64,000 nt of DNA, from contig MEDY01000097.1 in assembly GCA_001724265.1 (NCBI GenBank), positions 1 to 64,000 on the forward strand. The letters are read 5' to 3'. Origin of the DNA: Rhizaria sp. SCN 62-66. Lineage: Eukaryota. The notes under the pieces were generated by a model. The model saw only the letters and a list, made by a program, of their open reading frames with translations. It was not told the DNA's origin and did no database searches. Positions within the stretch are counted from its first letter, which is position 1; every line of letters begins with the position of its first letter. Both the position numbers and the translations under genes were made by a program. Positions 12,001 to 23,073 of this stretch are shown in pieces.

Positions 12001-14051
12001 TGTGCTCTGGGGGTGCTCGGTGACTCTGAGTCCGACTGGGGCGCTGTGCTGGGCTAGACTGTGCTGGGCTGGGCGGCGGTGGCGCGCTGTTGTGGGGAAA
12101 GTGTTTACGGTGGCGTAGGTCTAAGTGAAAGACGGGGTTTTAGCTTTGACTGCGGTCGACTGGTGTCAGACTATAAAAGAAGCCTTGCTCGTTGACACAA
12201 CAGTGGTTGCAACAAAAGGCGTCGTGGGCTAGGTAAGTAAGAAAGTTTTAGTCGGCGATTTAAGTGACGACAGCGAAGCACCAAGACTAGGTAGCTGTGC
12301 TTGTTTTGTGTTTTGCGCTGCTGTCGTCAGCGGCGCTGCGTGCGTGTGTGCGAGCGTGCTCGAGACAGACAGCGGCCGGGAGAGCGACTAGACTGCTGCT
12401 GGCTGCTGCTGTTGTGGCAAGCGGCGGCGAGCAGCGAGCGATTGACTGCGAGCGGCGAGCTTTTGACTGCTGGCTGCGAGGGCGCGGCGAGGCGACAGCC
12501 GAGGTGGCAGCGCTGCGGGAACCTCCTGCGCGCGAGACACAAGAGCGGAAGAGCAAAAACAAGCAACGGACAGAGTGAGCAGTGGGATAAGAAAAAATAT
12601 GGCTTGGTAGGGAGTGAGCAAAGCAGCAGAGCGTGCGCGCAAAGCGCAAAGGAAGGGCGGGCGCGGGAAGTGAGGGAGAAACGTACGAAGGAAGCAGTGG
12701 CTGGGCGAGCGAAGACCCGGGCCAGAGCAGGAGAAAGCGGGAGGCTTTCTCGCGGAAACGGGACGCAGACAAGCTCTAGTGTGAGCTGGACAGGGCACTA
12801 CTCGTCGCGAAGGACTGGAGAGAGAGGCGCGGAAAGGCTGCGGGAGGGTCGGGAGAAGGGATTGAGACGGAGAGCGCCGGAGGGGAGAAAGAGGGTGAGA
12901 TGGGGCGATATCAAGGCAGATACAAAGAGAGAAGAATGAAAGCAGTATAAACTATACAGAAAACAAAACAAGGCCGTTATAATGATTCAAACGGGGACTG
13001 GGGACCACTTCATTAGACGGCGTGATACTGACTTCAAACTGTACTCGGGTGAGCTCCACTCCGCGCTCTCTTATGGCTTCTAGAAGAGCGACTGAAGAGC
13101 AAGCAGCGGCCAGTTCAACAAGATCAAAGGGTACGAGTCACTCGTCATTAACGACACCAGACTCTGAGGCGCGATATTTCAAGGCTGGTCGTCTTGAGGA
13201 CATTCACCGCTCAAAAGTCGGGCAACTGAGCGTGTGCTGAAAGCGGCCTCCGAAAAAGGAACAGAAGGACATAAAGTCGTGCTCTGGCAGCGGTGCTTCA
13301 AACAAAAATAGATACTATGCTGGCGGAATCTCACGGTATTAATCCGATGCGTGGGTAAGCCAGATGAACATGTCGCTAGAGTCTTGTGAATATGATGACA
13401 CTCGCCACCCCACAAACAGCAAGATCCTTGTTAGGCTTGCTCACGGTCACTTTGCAGAGCCGCTTATTGAAGTAAACCAAGAGTTTGAAGAGCATAACAA
13501 TCGAGTTTGCGGCAATAATTTCGAAATGTTATTAAATGCTTTTGATTGTATATTGTAGCTGTATTGTCTTTGCTAAGGAACGATTGATTGCTGCGATATC
13601 TGATGCGGGAGTTCGAGAACCAAGCCTTGTACGAGGCCAACTTTGTCATATCCCAAGGGATAAAGCGGGTCATATGAAGTCTCATGCATGCCACGCTTTG
13701 TTTTCAGCAATTTGTGCTTTTAACCTACCTTGTGAGACTGGCTGTTCCTCTTTACGGCGTCATCATGGGTTTAGATCCGCTGCTTTGTGATACTGACCTC
13801 GCATCCAGTCTTGCGCTGATGTGCATCTATCATTGTAATTTTCGGCATGATATTTACACTGTTCTGAAGTGACTTTGATGGAATCTTTTAAAAATAGTGC
13901 GGTTCATTTTCAAAATGTTATCTAAAACTCACTAGTACAATTCTACTCCCTTCTTTTCGCTCTTTTCTTCATTCAACTTTACGTTCGTGGTCACAATCAC
14001 TCACTATTATATTTTGCTTCCTACATCGCCTTCACCTTTATCAGATCGGCG

Positions 14052-15243
14052 ATGAGTGCGATGTCGGACTCCGCGAGTCTTTTAGACTCTAGCACGGACC
14101 CGTTTGGTACGTAACCCTTTTGTCTTATCGCTCTACATGCTTCGTCTCCCATCCAGACTTTCCACCTTCTCACCCAACACATGCCATTTGTCCCTCGCTG
14201 CTTCCATCCCACAGAACTCCCGTCGTTCGCGCTGCTCTCCCCGCCGCTGCTGGCCTCGGTCACCGCGCGCCTCTCCGCGCTGCCGCCCGTTTCGCGCCTG
14301 CATCGGCTCATCGCACTCCACGCGACCTCGAACTCTCTCCACCCGACCGCCCCGCCCGCCGCCTCCGCCGCGTCCGTCGCCGCGCACTGCGCCGCGATGC
14401 CGCAGCTCATCTCGGCCATGGCCTCCGCCGCCACGGAGACCACATCCGCGCCCGTCTGGGCCGAACTTGCCTCGTCTCTTCCTGCATCCTTTGCCGCTTC
14501 GTCTTCATCGTCGTCGTACGACCCGCACTCGCAGTCGGCGTCGTCGTCGCAGCAGGCGGCCATGCTCCGCGCCTTCGCTGGCCCGCGCCTGCCCGCGCTC
14601 GACTCCTGGCGCGCCGAGGCGACCGAGACGGCCTTTAGCGCGCGCCAGGCCGCTGAGGCCACGCTCGCCAAGGCGCGAGAACGCGTCGACTCGGCCGCGA
14701 TGGCCACCGCCTACGCCGCGTTGGGCGAGGCCATGCTCGCGCAGTCGCAGTTCATCGTCGCTTACAACGCCTACGAGGAGGCCGCTGCCGCCGCGGACAC
14801 CGCGTTTGCCTCGAACCCCAAGGTAGGCGCGTCCGAGGCCGCCGCCGTGGCCGCCGCGGTCGCCAGCAGTGAGGTCCCGACGCCCGGCTCGGTCTGCCCC
14901 ACCACGGGCGCGATGCTGCTCTCGCTCTCATTGCCGGCGCGCGCCGAGCCGGGCGCGCTGCTCGTCTTCGCGGCGCGCGCGCGCTTGCTCGCGCTTCAAT
15001 GCGTGTTCGCGCACCAGCTCTCCGACGCGCCGTACACGCCCTCGCCGTACCCGCCCGACTCCAAAGTCTTCACCGGCGCGATCCCATCGCGCCCGGACAT
15101 CCTGCACACGGCCATGCACGCCAAGTGGCTTGCCCCCGCGCTCGCGCTTACCAAGCCCGCCGCCGCCGCCGGCGTCACGACGCCGCCCGACGTCGCCGCA
15201 GGGCTCGCCGCGCTCGCTGCGCTGCAGCTGCTGCTCCTGGCCC

Positions 15244-15274
<31 letters not shown>

Positions 15275-16340
15275 AAATGGCAGCGGCAGCGGCAGCGGCG
15301 GCGGCGCCAGCGAGCACGCACTCGTGGCCCGCGCGACGCACGCCGCCGCGGAGACGGCCGCGGGCACGGGCGCGGGGCCCGCTCTGCAGCAGGCGTGGCA
15401 GGCGCTCTCCATGTGGTCCTTCGCTTTCGACCCAAATACACGCACAGGCGCTGCCAGTGCGAGTGAGAGCGCGGGCTCGCAGGGCGCGCGCTCGCCGCTG
15501 CCGTTGCTGCTGAGCGCGGCGGACACGGCGGACCTGTTTGCGCTGCTCACCCTTGCAGTCAAGCCCGCCGCCGAGGTCCGCGACCTGTACAACGCCGCCA
15601 CGAGCACCGCCACTGCCGGCGCCGGCGCTGGCGCGAATGCTGCCCAGGACGCGTGGACGCGCAAGTCGCTCGCGGCGGCGGCGGACGCGTCCCCGCATGC
15701 GCAGGCGCTGCTGCAGGCGAGCGCCACGTCGAGCTTCGGCGCGCTCTGGCCCGCGCTCGCGGCCGCGCACGCGCACACGGTCACTTCGCTGCCGCGCCTG
15801 CGCAACGTGCTTGCGCTGCTGCCCGCGCGCGCCGCTGCCCACGCGACCGTGGCGTGCGCGCGCGTCTTCGCCCGCGTGCCGCTGTCGGCGCTCGCCGCGC
15901 GCCTGGCGCTGCCGGTGCCCGCTGTGCGCGCGTTCGTCGCAGTGCAGACCGCGCAGGGAGAGATCCCCGCGCGGCTTACCTTCGAGCCGCGCGCGGAAGC
16001 TAAGCCGCATCACCAGCAGCAGCAGCTGCAGCACGAAGGCGAGAGCGAGTGGGGCGGCTGGGGCGCGTCCTGGGCCCAGCCTTCTTCATCTTCTGTTTCT
16101 GCTTCGGCTGAGGGGGACTCAGCCGACTCTGGGCTCGAGGAGCGTCTCGTGGCCGTCGACGCGGGCGTTGTGACCGCGACCGCGGCCGTCGCGCTGGCCG
16201 CTGCGGCGGCGCGCGCGCAGCGGGGTCCGGTGGAGCGCGCTACGGCGGCGCTGTCGGGCCATGCCATGGGCTGGACTGTCGCTGCCACCGTGCTCAGGGA
16301 CGGGGCGCGTCACTCTGCGGACGCTGCGACTATGGGTTGA
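14052..16340 (+). CDS. GPS1: Divergent PCI-domain protein, COP9 signalosome subunit 1 (CSN1)-like
   Basis: Model join(14052..14106,14215..16340); intron GTACGT...CCACAG is phase 1 and joins in frame to the 719-aa ORF. SRLHRLIAL, PALDSWRAEATETA...AYAALGEAMLAQSQFIVAYNAYEEA and the C-terminal PCI helix RVFARVPLSALAARLALPVPAVRAFVAVQTAQGEIPARL resemble the CSN1/Rpn7 family. Confidence 0.6.
14107..14214 (+). other. Spliceosomal intron (CSN1-like gene)
   Basis: GTACGT donor, pyrimidine-rich body, CACAG acceptor; links ATG 14052 to the long ORF in frame. Confidence 0.75.
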
Positions 16341-16893
16341 ACACAGTGTGATGCATTCCGATGCAATGCGAGGTCATGTTTGCAGGGCCAGATGTCTTGA
16401 TGCAATTTCGTAGCTTTTTTTTGCATGATATGGCCAAATGAAGATTTGATTGATTGATCAGAAACTGTGTATTATAATTTTCAACTCTGTTGATTTACAC
16501 GTATAAAAGTTCATCAAAAAAATATATCATGTCTTGTTCATCGTGCAAAACAAGAGTCATTAAGTTCAAACGCGAATGACAAAAGCGGCACGTGACAACG
16601 ACAATAACGTTGTCATTCTGTGACCAATAACTGAGCTGTGTGTGTGACAGACAGTTCACAGTCACAGAATATGTACACGCACGCAAAACGTACACGGGCG
16701 CGTCCCCACGGAATGCGCTCAAAACTCACTAAGTAGTCGAAATAAAGCAATATTAGATGATATTACAGAACTGATACCGACGCATAAGCGGTGATTTAGT
16801 ATCAGCAAAAAGAATGGCACTGCAATGCAATGTAACCAACAAAGTCGGCCCGATCTGCGACCACCTTTGCGTGGTTCGACAGAAGCGACACGC

Positions 16894-19428
16894 TTAGATG
16901 TCGCCGAACACGACCTTGATGTCGTGCGCAAGGTCCCGCACAGCGGCGGAGTCGCTCTTGGCGCACACGGCGCGCAGCGCGCTCATCTTGGCAGCCACGT
17001 CTGCGGCCATGGCGCGCGCCTGCGCGAGCGCGGGGTCACCGCCGGAGGACTTCGTGGCGAGCGCGATGACGGGCTTGATGTTGGCCAGCGCGGGCGCGAC
17101 CTGCGCAATCGAGACGAGCGTCGCAACGGCCTGGTACTGCGCCTCGGCGCCTGGCAGCGTGCCCGCGGCAATGGCGGCCGGCACGGCGGCGAGCAGGTCC
17201 GCGAAAGTCTTCATCAGCAGCGGCGACGTCGCCATGCCGCGGAGCCGGCCCAGCGCGACGGTGAGGTTGAACAGCACGCGCACGGCCTCGGCGCGGAAGC
17301 GCGCGGGCGCCGCGGGGGCGAGCGCGCCCGCAGCCAGCTCAGAGATGAAGTTGTAAAAGATCGCCACGGGCTCCGGCGCGGCCGCAGTGGGCGACGAGGG
17401 ACTCTCACCGGGCGCTGGGCTGCGGTAGACGATCCAATTGCCCATGGCCTGCAGGCACAGCACGACGTTGCCGACCACGGCGCCCGGCTGCGCGGCCGTG
17501 GAGACGTGGTCGTACAGCAGCTTGGACACGCCGATGAAGGCGTCGTCGGTCACCATGGGGTTCACCAACACGGCGTTGGCGCCCTTGTGCGCCATGAGCA
17601 CGCGGAACAGGTCCAGGCACGGCGTGATCTGCGCCGCGGGCCAGCGCAGCAGCTTGGCGACCACGGCGCGCGCGGCCGCGGTGAAGACGGGCGCCTCGAT
17701 GCGCGTGGCGTGTTCAGCACATCGCAACACGACGCCGGTCAGCGTGGCCTGCTCCTCGGCCGTCAGTGCCAGCGAGCGCGCGGAGGCGTCGGCTGACGCG
17801 GCCAGCTCGCCGCTGCGCCGCAGCAGCGCGTCGCGCATCAGCGCCGCGTTGCAGGTCGACACGCCCGCAAAGCCGGCCGAGCGCCACGTGGGCGTCTGCA
17901 GCAGCTGCACCGCGGCGGCGGCGGCGGCGACGCGCTCACTGCGCGCGCGCACGGCGTCCTGGTCGACCAGAGGGGTAATAAACGCGACGATCTCACTGTG
18001 GTAGTCGACGGGCAGCCCGTGGCGCGTAATGAAGCTCGCGGCAATCTCATCCGGGTCGTCGTCCTTGTTGAACGGCAGCTGCAGCGGCGGCAGCGACGGG
18101 TCGATGTCCACGGGCACCAGGCAGTCGTACTCGACGCCCTGGTAGAGCTTCTTCTGCGGCGCGCTCTCGTCCTTGCTCTTGGTGCCGATGGCCTCGCCCT
18201 GCAGCTCCCACTCCATCGCATCGTCGGACCAGAGGAACACCATCGGCCGCCCTTGGTCGTTGACGATCACCGTCCGCGGCTCCTTCGGCGCGGGCGGCTG
18301 CAGCAGTACGTCGAGCCCAGGCAGCGACGCAACATCAATGGCGTTCGCGCCCTTGGGCTTGAACAGCGCCTCGAACGCGCGCTGCTCCTCCTCGCCGGCG
18401 GCGCGCGCGGGATCCGCTGTGAGGATGATAACGCCGCCGGCACCGATGGCGACAACGTCGCCGTTGCCCAGCGCCACGAGCGCGCGCGCGGGCTGCGGCA
18501 GCGCAACCGTGGCCACGCGCGAGGCGCCCGCGCCGTCGGCGTTGAGGCGGAAGAAGGCGATCGTCTTGTCGTCGCCGGCGGCCGCGATGAGGTTGAGGGA
18601 CGGAATGAATGCAATGTCGTAGATGAACTCGGGCTGGTCAGGTCCGGGGACGAAGGCCTGGAAGCGGGCAAGCGCGGAGCCGTCGCGCGCCCAGAGCTTG
18701 ACCCAGCCGTCGTTGCCGGCCGAGAGCACGCCCAGCGGGTGCGGGATGAGCCGCCGGATCAAGTGACCGTGGGCCTGCTCCACAGTAGCGAGCCGCTCCA
18801 GACGGCCCGACGGCTCGCCAGAACTCGCACTCGAACTCGCACTCGCGCTGGCGCTCGAGGACGAAGACGATGCGCTCGCGGGGGTGTACTCGGAGGCGGG
18901 AAGGAGGCGGTCGAAGTGGAGCTCCTTGCTGCCGGAGCCGGAGACGAGGACGTCGGTGCCCGGGATGAGGCAGAGCGTGGTGGCATACACGTGCGGCTTG
19001 TCGCTCGACTGGAGCTCGTTGCCGCGCCACGTCTTGATGCAGCCGTCCCAGCCGCCCGTAACAACGGTGCCGTCGGCGGTGAACTCGATAGAGCCCACGG
19101 CACCGGAGTGGCCCGAGAGGCGCGCGAGCACGGTGCCGTCGGAGAGGGACACGGCTACTTCGCGGTCGCCGCCGCCGGAGATCACACTGCCTTCGGGGAA
19201 GACGGGGTGGCCCACGGGCACGGGCGCAACAGTGAAAACAATACCTTCGTGCACGGAGGGCGCGACAGCGCCCGGCTGGAAGTCGCTGCCGCCAGGCTTG
19301 GAGCAGTGGAACTGGGTGATGGTGCCGCTCTGATCGCCGATGAGCAGCGTCGAGGCGTCGGCCAGCGCGCCGCAGCGGGGCAGGCCCGTCCCGTTGAGAA
19401 GCGAGCTCAGCTGGTATTTCACAGACAT
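16894..19428 (-). CDS. PLAA: Phospholipase A2-activating protein / Doa1 / Ufd3 (WD40 + PFU + PUL)
   Basis: WD40 repeats (GHSGAV...VTGGWDGCIKTW, SAGNDGWVKLW), PFU domain (KKLYQGVEYDCLVPVDID...LQLPFNKDDDPDEIAASFITRHGLP), PUL-like C-terminus (LRWPAAQITPCLDLFR). Stop TAA. Confidence 0.92.
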   Translation of the reverse strand: MSVKYQLSSLLNGTGLPRCGALADASTLLIGDQSGTITQFHCSKPGGSDFQPGAVAPSVHEGIVFTVAPVPVGHPVFPEGSVISGGGDREVAVSLSDGTVLARLSGHSGAVGSIEFTADGTVVTGGWDGCIKTWRGNELQSSDKPHVYATTLCLIPGTDVLVSGSGSKELHFDRLLPASEYTPASASSSSSSASASASSSASSGEPSGRLERLATVEQAHGHLIRRLIPHPLGVLSAGNDGWVKLWARDGSALARFQAFVPGPDQPEFIYDIAFIPSLNLIAAAGDDKTIAFFRLNADGAGASRVATVALPQPARALVALGNGDVVAIGAGGVIILTADPARAAGEEEQRAFEALFKPKGANAIDVASLPGLDVLLQPPAPKEPRTVIVNDQGRPMVFLWSDDAMEWELQGEAIGTKSKDESAPQKKLYQGVEYDCLVPVDIDPSLPPLQLPFNKDDDPDEIAASFITRHGLPVDYHSEIVAFITPLVDQDAVRARSERVAAAAAAVQLLQTPTWRSAGFAGVSTCNAALMRDALLRRSGELAASADASARSLALTAEEQATLTGVVLRCAEHATRIEAPVFTAAARAVVAKLLRWPAAQITPCLDLFRVLMAHKGANAVLVNPMVTDDAFIGVSKLLYDHVSTAAQPGAVVGNVVLCLQAMGNWIVYRSPAPGESPSSPTAAAPEPVAIFYNFISELAAGALAPAAPARFRAEAVRVLFNLTVALGRLRGMATSPLLMKTFADLLAAVPAAIAAGTLPGAEAQYQAVATLVSIAQVAPALANIKPVIALATKSSGGDPALAQARAMAADVAAKMSALRAVCAKSDSAAVRDLAHDIKVVFGDI

Positions 19429-20203
19429 CGCACGCTATGAAGTAGATAATGCGCAGTATGGGAAGAGCCGGAGCGATGAAAGGTAGCAGCAGAGGTGTGA
19501 GAACGAAGGTTCGAAGGAACAAGCGGGTCAAGAGCAAAGCAAGTTAAAATCAACACATCTACTACGCGCTGTCAGTAGGATCTCACGCTCAAAAAAGAAT
19601 ATCATATTGTAAAGTATAATGACACTCTGAGAGTGGCAAAAACAAAAACAAACAACGAGTCTATGCGCAAGAGTTCAGCCTACGAAATATGCTGACTCTC
19701 CAACCACAAAAGCTTTTTGCCGCTGCCCACACACACCGAAGATCCGAGAGCATCAAAAAGCGCAGACAATATAAAACGTGCTTGAATATGGTCTCGATAA
19801 AGAGATATGAGTTAAAAATTACGATATGTTTCAGATTGCATTGTATTATTTATGATATCAGAAAAGAAAAGTTATTTTGTCCTAGACTATATGTTTTCTT
19901 GCACACGTAAATAGACACACTACCACCCCGCGCCATTTCTCGTTATTGTACACAGCAACAATAATTACTTAAACATGCTGTGTCGAGACGACGCTGACGG
20001 CGGCAGTGCACCCCGAGGCCCGCACCGGCCCTCACTACAGTAGTATCACTCCCATACCAACGGGAGTGTGTGCGGCGCATGCAATCACACCCTACACATC
20101 ATCATCATTTCACCACCCACACTGACTTCTTCCACGCCGCCGCCGACCGCGGCACATCCAGCACAGCAGCATCGCCCGTGCGGCGCGCTCACAGCGCGAG
20201 CAT

Positions 20204-22405
20204 TCAGAGCGCGAGGCGCGCGATGGTGTCGCCCTCGGGGACCTGGACCTCGATGACGTCCTTCTCGTCGTCGGAGGCGAGGCCGTGACGCAGCTCGATG
20301 CGCTCGTTGCGCTCCTTCTTGTGGATCTCCGCGCACCGCGCGCGGTACTCGCGCCAGGCCGACTTGATCGCCTGGCGCCGCTTCGTGTGCTCGCTCTTCT
20401 TGGCGCGCAGGATGTCGTTGTCCTCGGCGTCGAACGTCTTCCAGTACTTAGTCTTGAGCTGCGCGCGCGTCTCGGCCAGCTGCGCCGCAGTGAGCGCGGT
20501 GCGCGGGCGCGGGCGCCAGAGGAACTGGTGAAGCTTCTCCACGGTCGCCGCAACGAGGATCTCGCCCTGGAAGGACCAGATGCGGTACCCGTCCTCGATC
20601 TTGTCGCGCCAGGTGCCCGTGGCAGAACCCACGGCGCGCGTGATCGCGGTGGTGAAGAAGCGCCCCGAGGGGTCCCAGCACACCGTCGTGGCGTTATCAT
20701 GCTCGAGCGCGTCGATCATCACGGGCGCCGTGTCGTCCTTGGAGCAGTCGAAGAGGTACACGCCCGTGGGCGCGGGCGCGAGGATGGCGACGACGAGGTG
20801 GCCACCCGCGGGCGACCAGTGCAGCTGGAACGCGTCGTACTTGTGGTTCGGCGGGATCACCAGCGTGAAGACGGCGACGCGCTTCGTCACGATGCTCGGG
20901 CCCATCGACTCGACGCCCGCGGCAGCGGCAGCGGCAGCGGCGCCGGCGGCAGCAGCGCCACCGGCGGCGGCGGCCGCGCCCTTCTTGCCCTTGCCCTGCT
21001 GGGAGGTAACGACGGCGACGGGGGCGGCGACGGCGCCCTCGGTGGGGAGGCGGTAGATGGACACCTCGCACTTCCACACGGGCGAGCCGGGCGCGGCGGG
21101 CACGGCGGCGGTGCAGACGAAGAACGGGCGCACGGGGTCAAAGGCGAACTTGCCAGGATTGGCCAGCGTCACCTCCTCGACGGGCACGTCGCGCTTGGAC
21201 ATGTTGAAGAAGTCGATGCTGTACGCAAAGGCCTTCTTGCCCTTGCGGCGCGTGACGTACGAGGCGAGGTACTTGCCGCTGGCCTGCCAGTGCAGCGTGG
21301 CCGACACGACCTCGAACTTGTGCTTCTCGGCGAGCAGGCGGCGCGAGGGAATGTCCATGACCGCCACGACGGACTGCGACGACGCGGCGTCGAGCATTGA
21401 GTAGGCGAGCAGGTTACGGGTGGGGCACCAGGCGACCTCGGTGACGTTGGGGATGGCGATCGCCTTGTTGTCGAGCTGCGTCATCGCGGGCGCCTCGTAG
21501 ACCGAGATGCCCTTAGGCATGACGCGCGCGAGGTACTTGCCGTCAAAAGACCACTGCAGCGTAGAGAACACAGGCTTGTCGGCCGGCAGGTCGTCGAACT
21601 GGCGCAGCAGCGCGCCCGAGGCGACGGACCACGCCTTGACGATGGGCGCGGCGCCGGCGGCGGCGGGCGCCGAGGCCGTGAGCAGGTAGCGCTCGCATGG
21701 GGAGAAGAGCAGCTCCTGCACGTGCGCGTGCGCGAACTTGTTGATGCGCGAGAAGGCCGCCGCGCCCCAGAGCGCGATGCCCTGCAGGTGGAAGGTGACG
21801 AGGTAGGAGCCGGCGGGGGACCACTGGACGCCCAGCTCGGTCCACGAGCGGCCCGCCTTGCGGTTGCCCTCGTCGCCAGAGGTGACCCACTCGCGGCCCT
21901 GCTCCTCGGCCTTGCGCAGAGGGTCGTTGAAGAAGATGTGCGTCTCGGGGACAGAGTTCTCGGTGGTGCGGATCACAAACTGGTCGCGGAAGTGGCGGTC
22001 GAGCAGCCAAGAGCGCAGGAACGGCGTCGGCGGGGGCACCACGGACGTGTCGGGATCAGTGTACGCGTCAGGCGTGGAGACGACCTTGTCGAAGTCGGAG
22101 ATGACCGAGACCTTGAAGATGTGCGTCTTGTCCATGGGCTTGCCGTGCATGTTGGCGATCGCGGCCTGCGCCTCGGCCGCCGTAGAGTATTGGATGAAGA
22201 GGTAGCCGAGGGTGAGGCCGGAGGACTCGTCCTTGGGCATCACGATGTCGACGATCGTGCCAGAGGGCGCGAACTTGGCCTTGACGAAGTGGATCAGCTT
22301 GTCGTACTTGTCGGCACCGACAACGGGGATAGAGTCAACCAGGACGCACATGTCCATCGACTCGTCCAGGACGGGCGCTTCGGGCTTCTTGAGGCTTGCG
22401 CTCAT
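20204..22405 (-). CDS. EIF3B: Eukaryotic translation initiation factor 3 subunit B (PRT1)
   Basis: N-terminal RRM (VLVDSIPVV...GYLFIQY...MDKTHIFKV), WTELGVQWSPAGSYLVTFHLQGIALWG, WDPSGRFF, GYRIWSFQG, QFLWRPRP. True start taken as ATG 22405, directly after TTTACAG; the ORF-track extension to 22498 looks intronic. Confidence 0.95.
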   Translation of the reverse strand: MSASLKKPEAPVLDESMDMCVLVDSIPVVGADKYDKLIHFVKAKFAPSGTIVDIVMPKDESSGLTLGYLFIQYSTAAEAQAAIANMHGKPMDKTHIFKVSVISDFDKVVSTPDAYTDPDTSVVPPPTPFLRSWLLDRHFRDQFVIRTTENSVPETHIFFNDPLRKAEEQGREWVTSGDEGNRKAGRSWTELGVQWSPAGSYLVTFHLQGIALWGAAAFSRINKFAHAHVQELLFSPCERYLLTASAPAAAGAAPIVKAWSVASGALLRQFDDLPADKPVFSTLQWSFDGKYLARVMPKGISVYEAPAMTQLDNKAIAIPNVTEVAWCPTRNLLAYSMLDAASSQSVVAVMDIPSRRLLAEKHKFEVVSATLHWQASGKYLASYVTRRKGKKAFAYSIDFFNMSKRDVPVEEVTLANPGKFAFDPVRPFFVCTAAVPAAPGSPVWKCEVSIYRLPTEGAVAAPVAVVTSQQGKGKKGAAAAAGGAAAAGAAAAAAAAGVESMGPSIVTKRVAVFTLVIPPNHKYDAFQLHWSPAGGHLVVAILAPAPTGVYLFDCSKDDTAPVMIDALEHDNATTVCWDPSGRFFTTAITRAVGSATGTWRDKIEDGYRIWSFQGEILVAATVEKLHQFLWRPRPRTALTAAQLAETRAQLKTKYWKTFDAEDNDILRAKKSEHTKRRQAIKSAWREYRARCAEIHKKERNERIELRHGLASDDEKDVIEVQVPEGDTIARLAL

Positions 22406-22550
22406 CTGTAAACGCGGGGTGCGCCGAGCAACAACACGGAGGTGGTAAAGAGAGAGCACAAAGAGATATAAGCGGGCATGCAAAGCACAGGTTAGCAACG
22501 TCTCCTAAAGTCGTAATTGCGGATCTAGAAAATAAACAACAAAATCATAC
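22406..22550 (-). other. Probable 5'-UTR intron of eIF3b ending immediately before the ATG
   Basis: On the minus strand, GTATGA donor at 22550 and TTTACAG|ATG acceptor at 22406. Confidence 0.55.
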
Positions 22551-23073
22551 CACAACAAACACAGATAATCCCACAGGACCGTAGCCAGGACAGAAAATCA
22601 CCCCCGCGAGATCGCCGTGAAGAGAGACCGCAAAGCGTCGGACAGGGTCGGTGCCGTCCCGACCGCGAGTGATCGGTCGTCCTGCGGGGGAAGTTAAGCC
22701 GCGAGGTCGGCCGAACTGAGCCAGACCGAGACTGACCGAGGACCAACTCGCGGGTCAAAACGGGCCCTCTGGTGTGTGTCGGGGCGTCAGTGTTGCATTA
22801 TTTAATAGCGATTTATAGCAAGAATCGCCTCAATTAAATCCGGTCATTTTACTTATTCTTCATTTTGACCCTCTCTGGGTCTTATTGCGACCTTGAATCT
22901 CGCTGTCAGCTGCACTCTGTTACCAACGTGTTGGGGGAGTGGAAAACACCTCTTGCTTGGTCTCTATTTGTTCTTGAATGAGCTAAGCGCACGCTTTGAA
23001 CAATCCCTACTTATTTCTTTTGCTTCTCCTCCGTTTGTTGTCTCTTCCTGCTTGTTTCACTGCTGTAGTAGGG

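Noticed and set aside
13020-13900. AT-rich stretch with short ORFs between GRK and CSN1, considered as a transposon relic or a TAG-readthrough gene
   Set aside because: No terminal repeats or transposase/RT motifs seen; reading through the TAG at 13556 hits TAA six codons later.
22406-22498. ORF-track N-terminal extensions of eIF3b, and likewise uL10m 22996-23073 and WW/PH 50118-50147
   Set aside because: They begin at non-ATG codons within pyrimidine-rich intron-like sequence, so they are unlikely to be translated.
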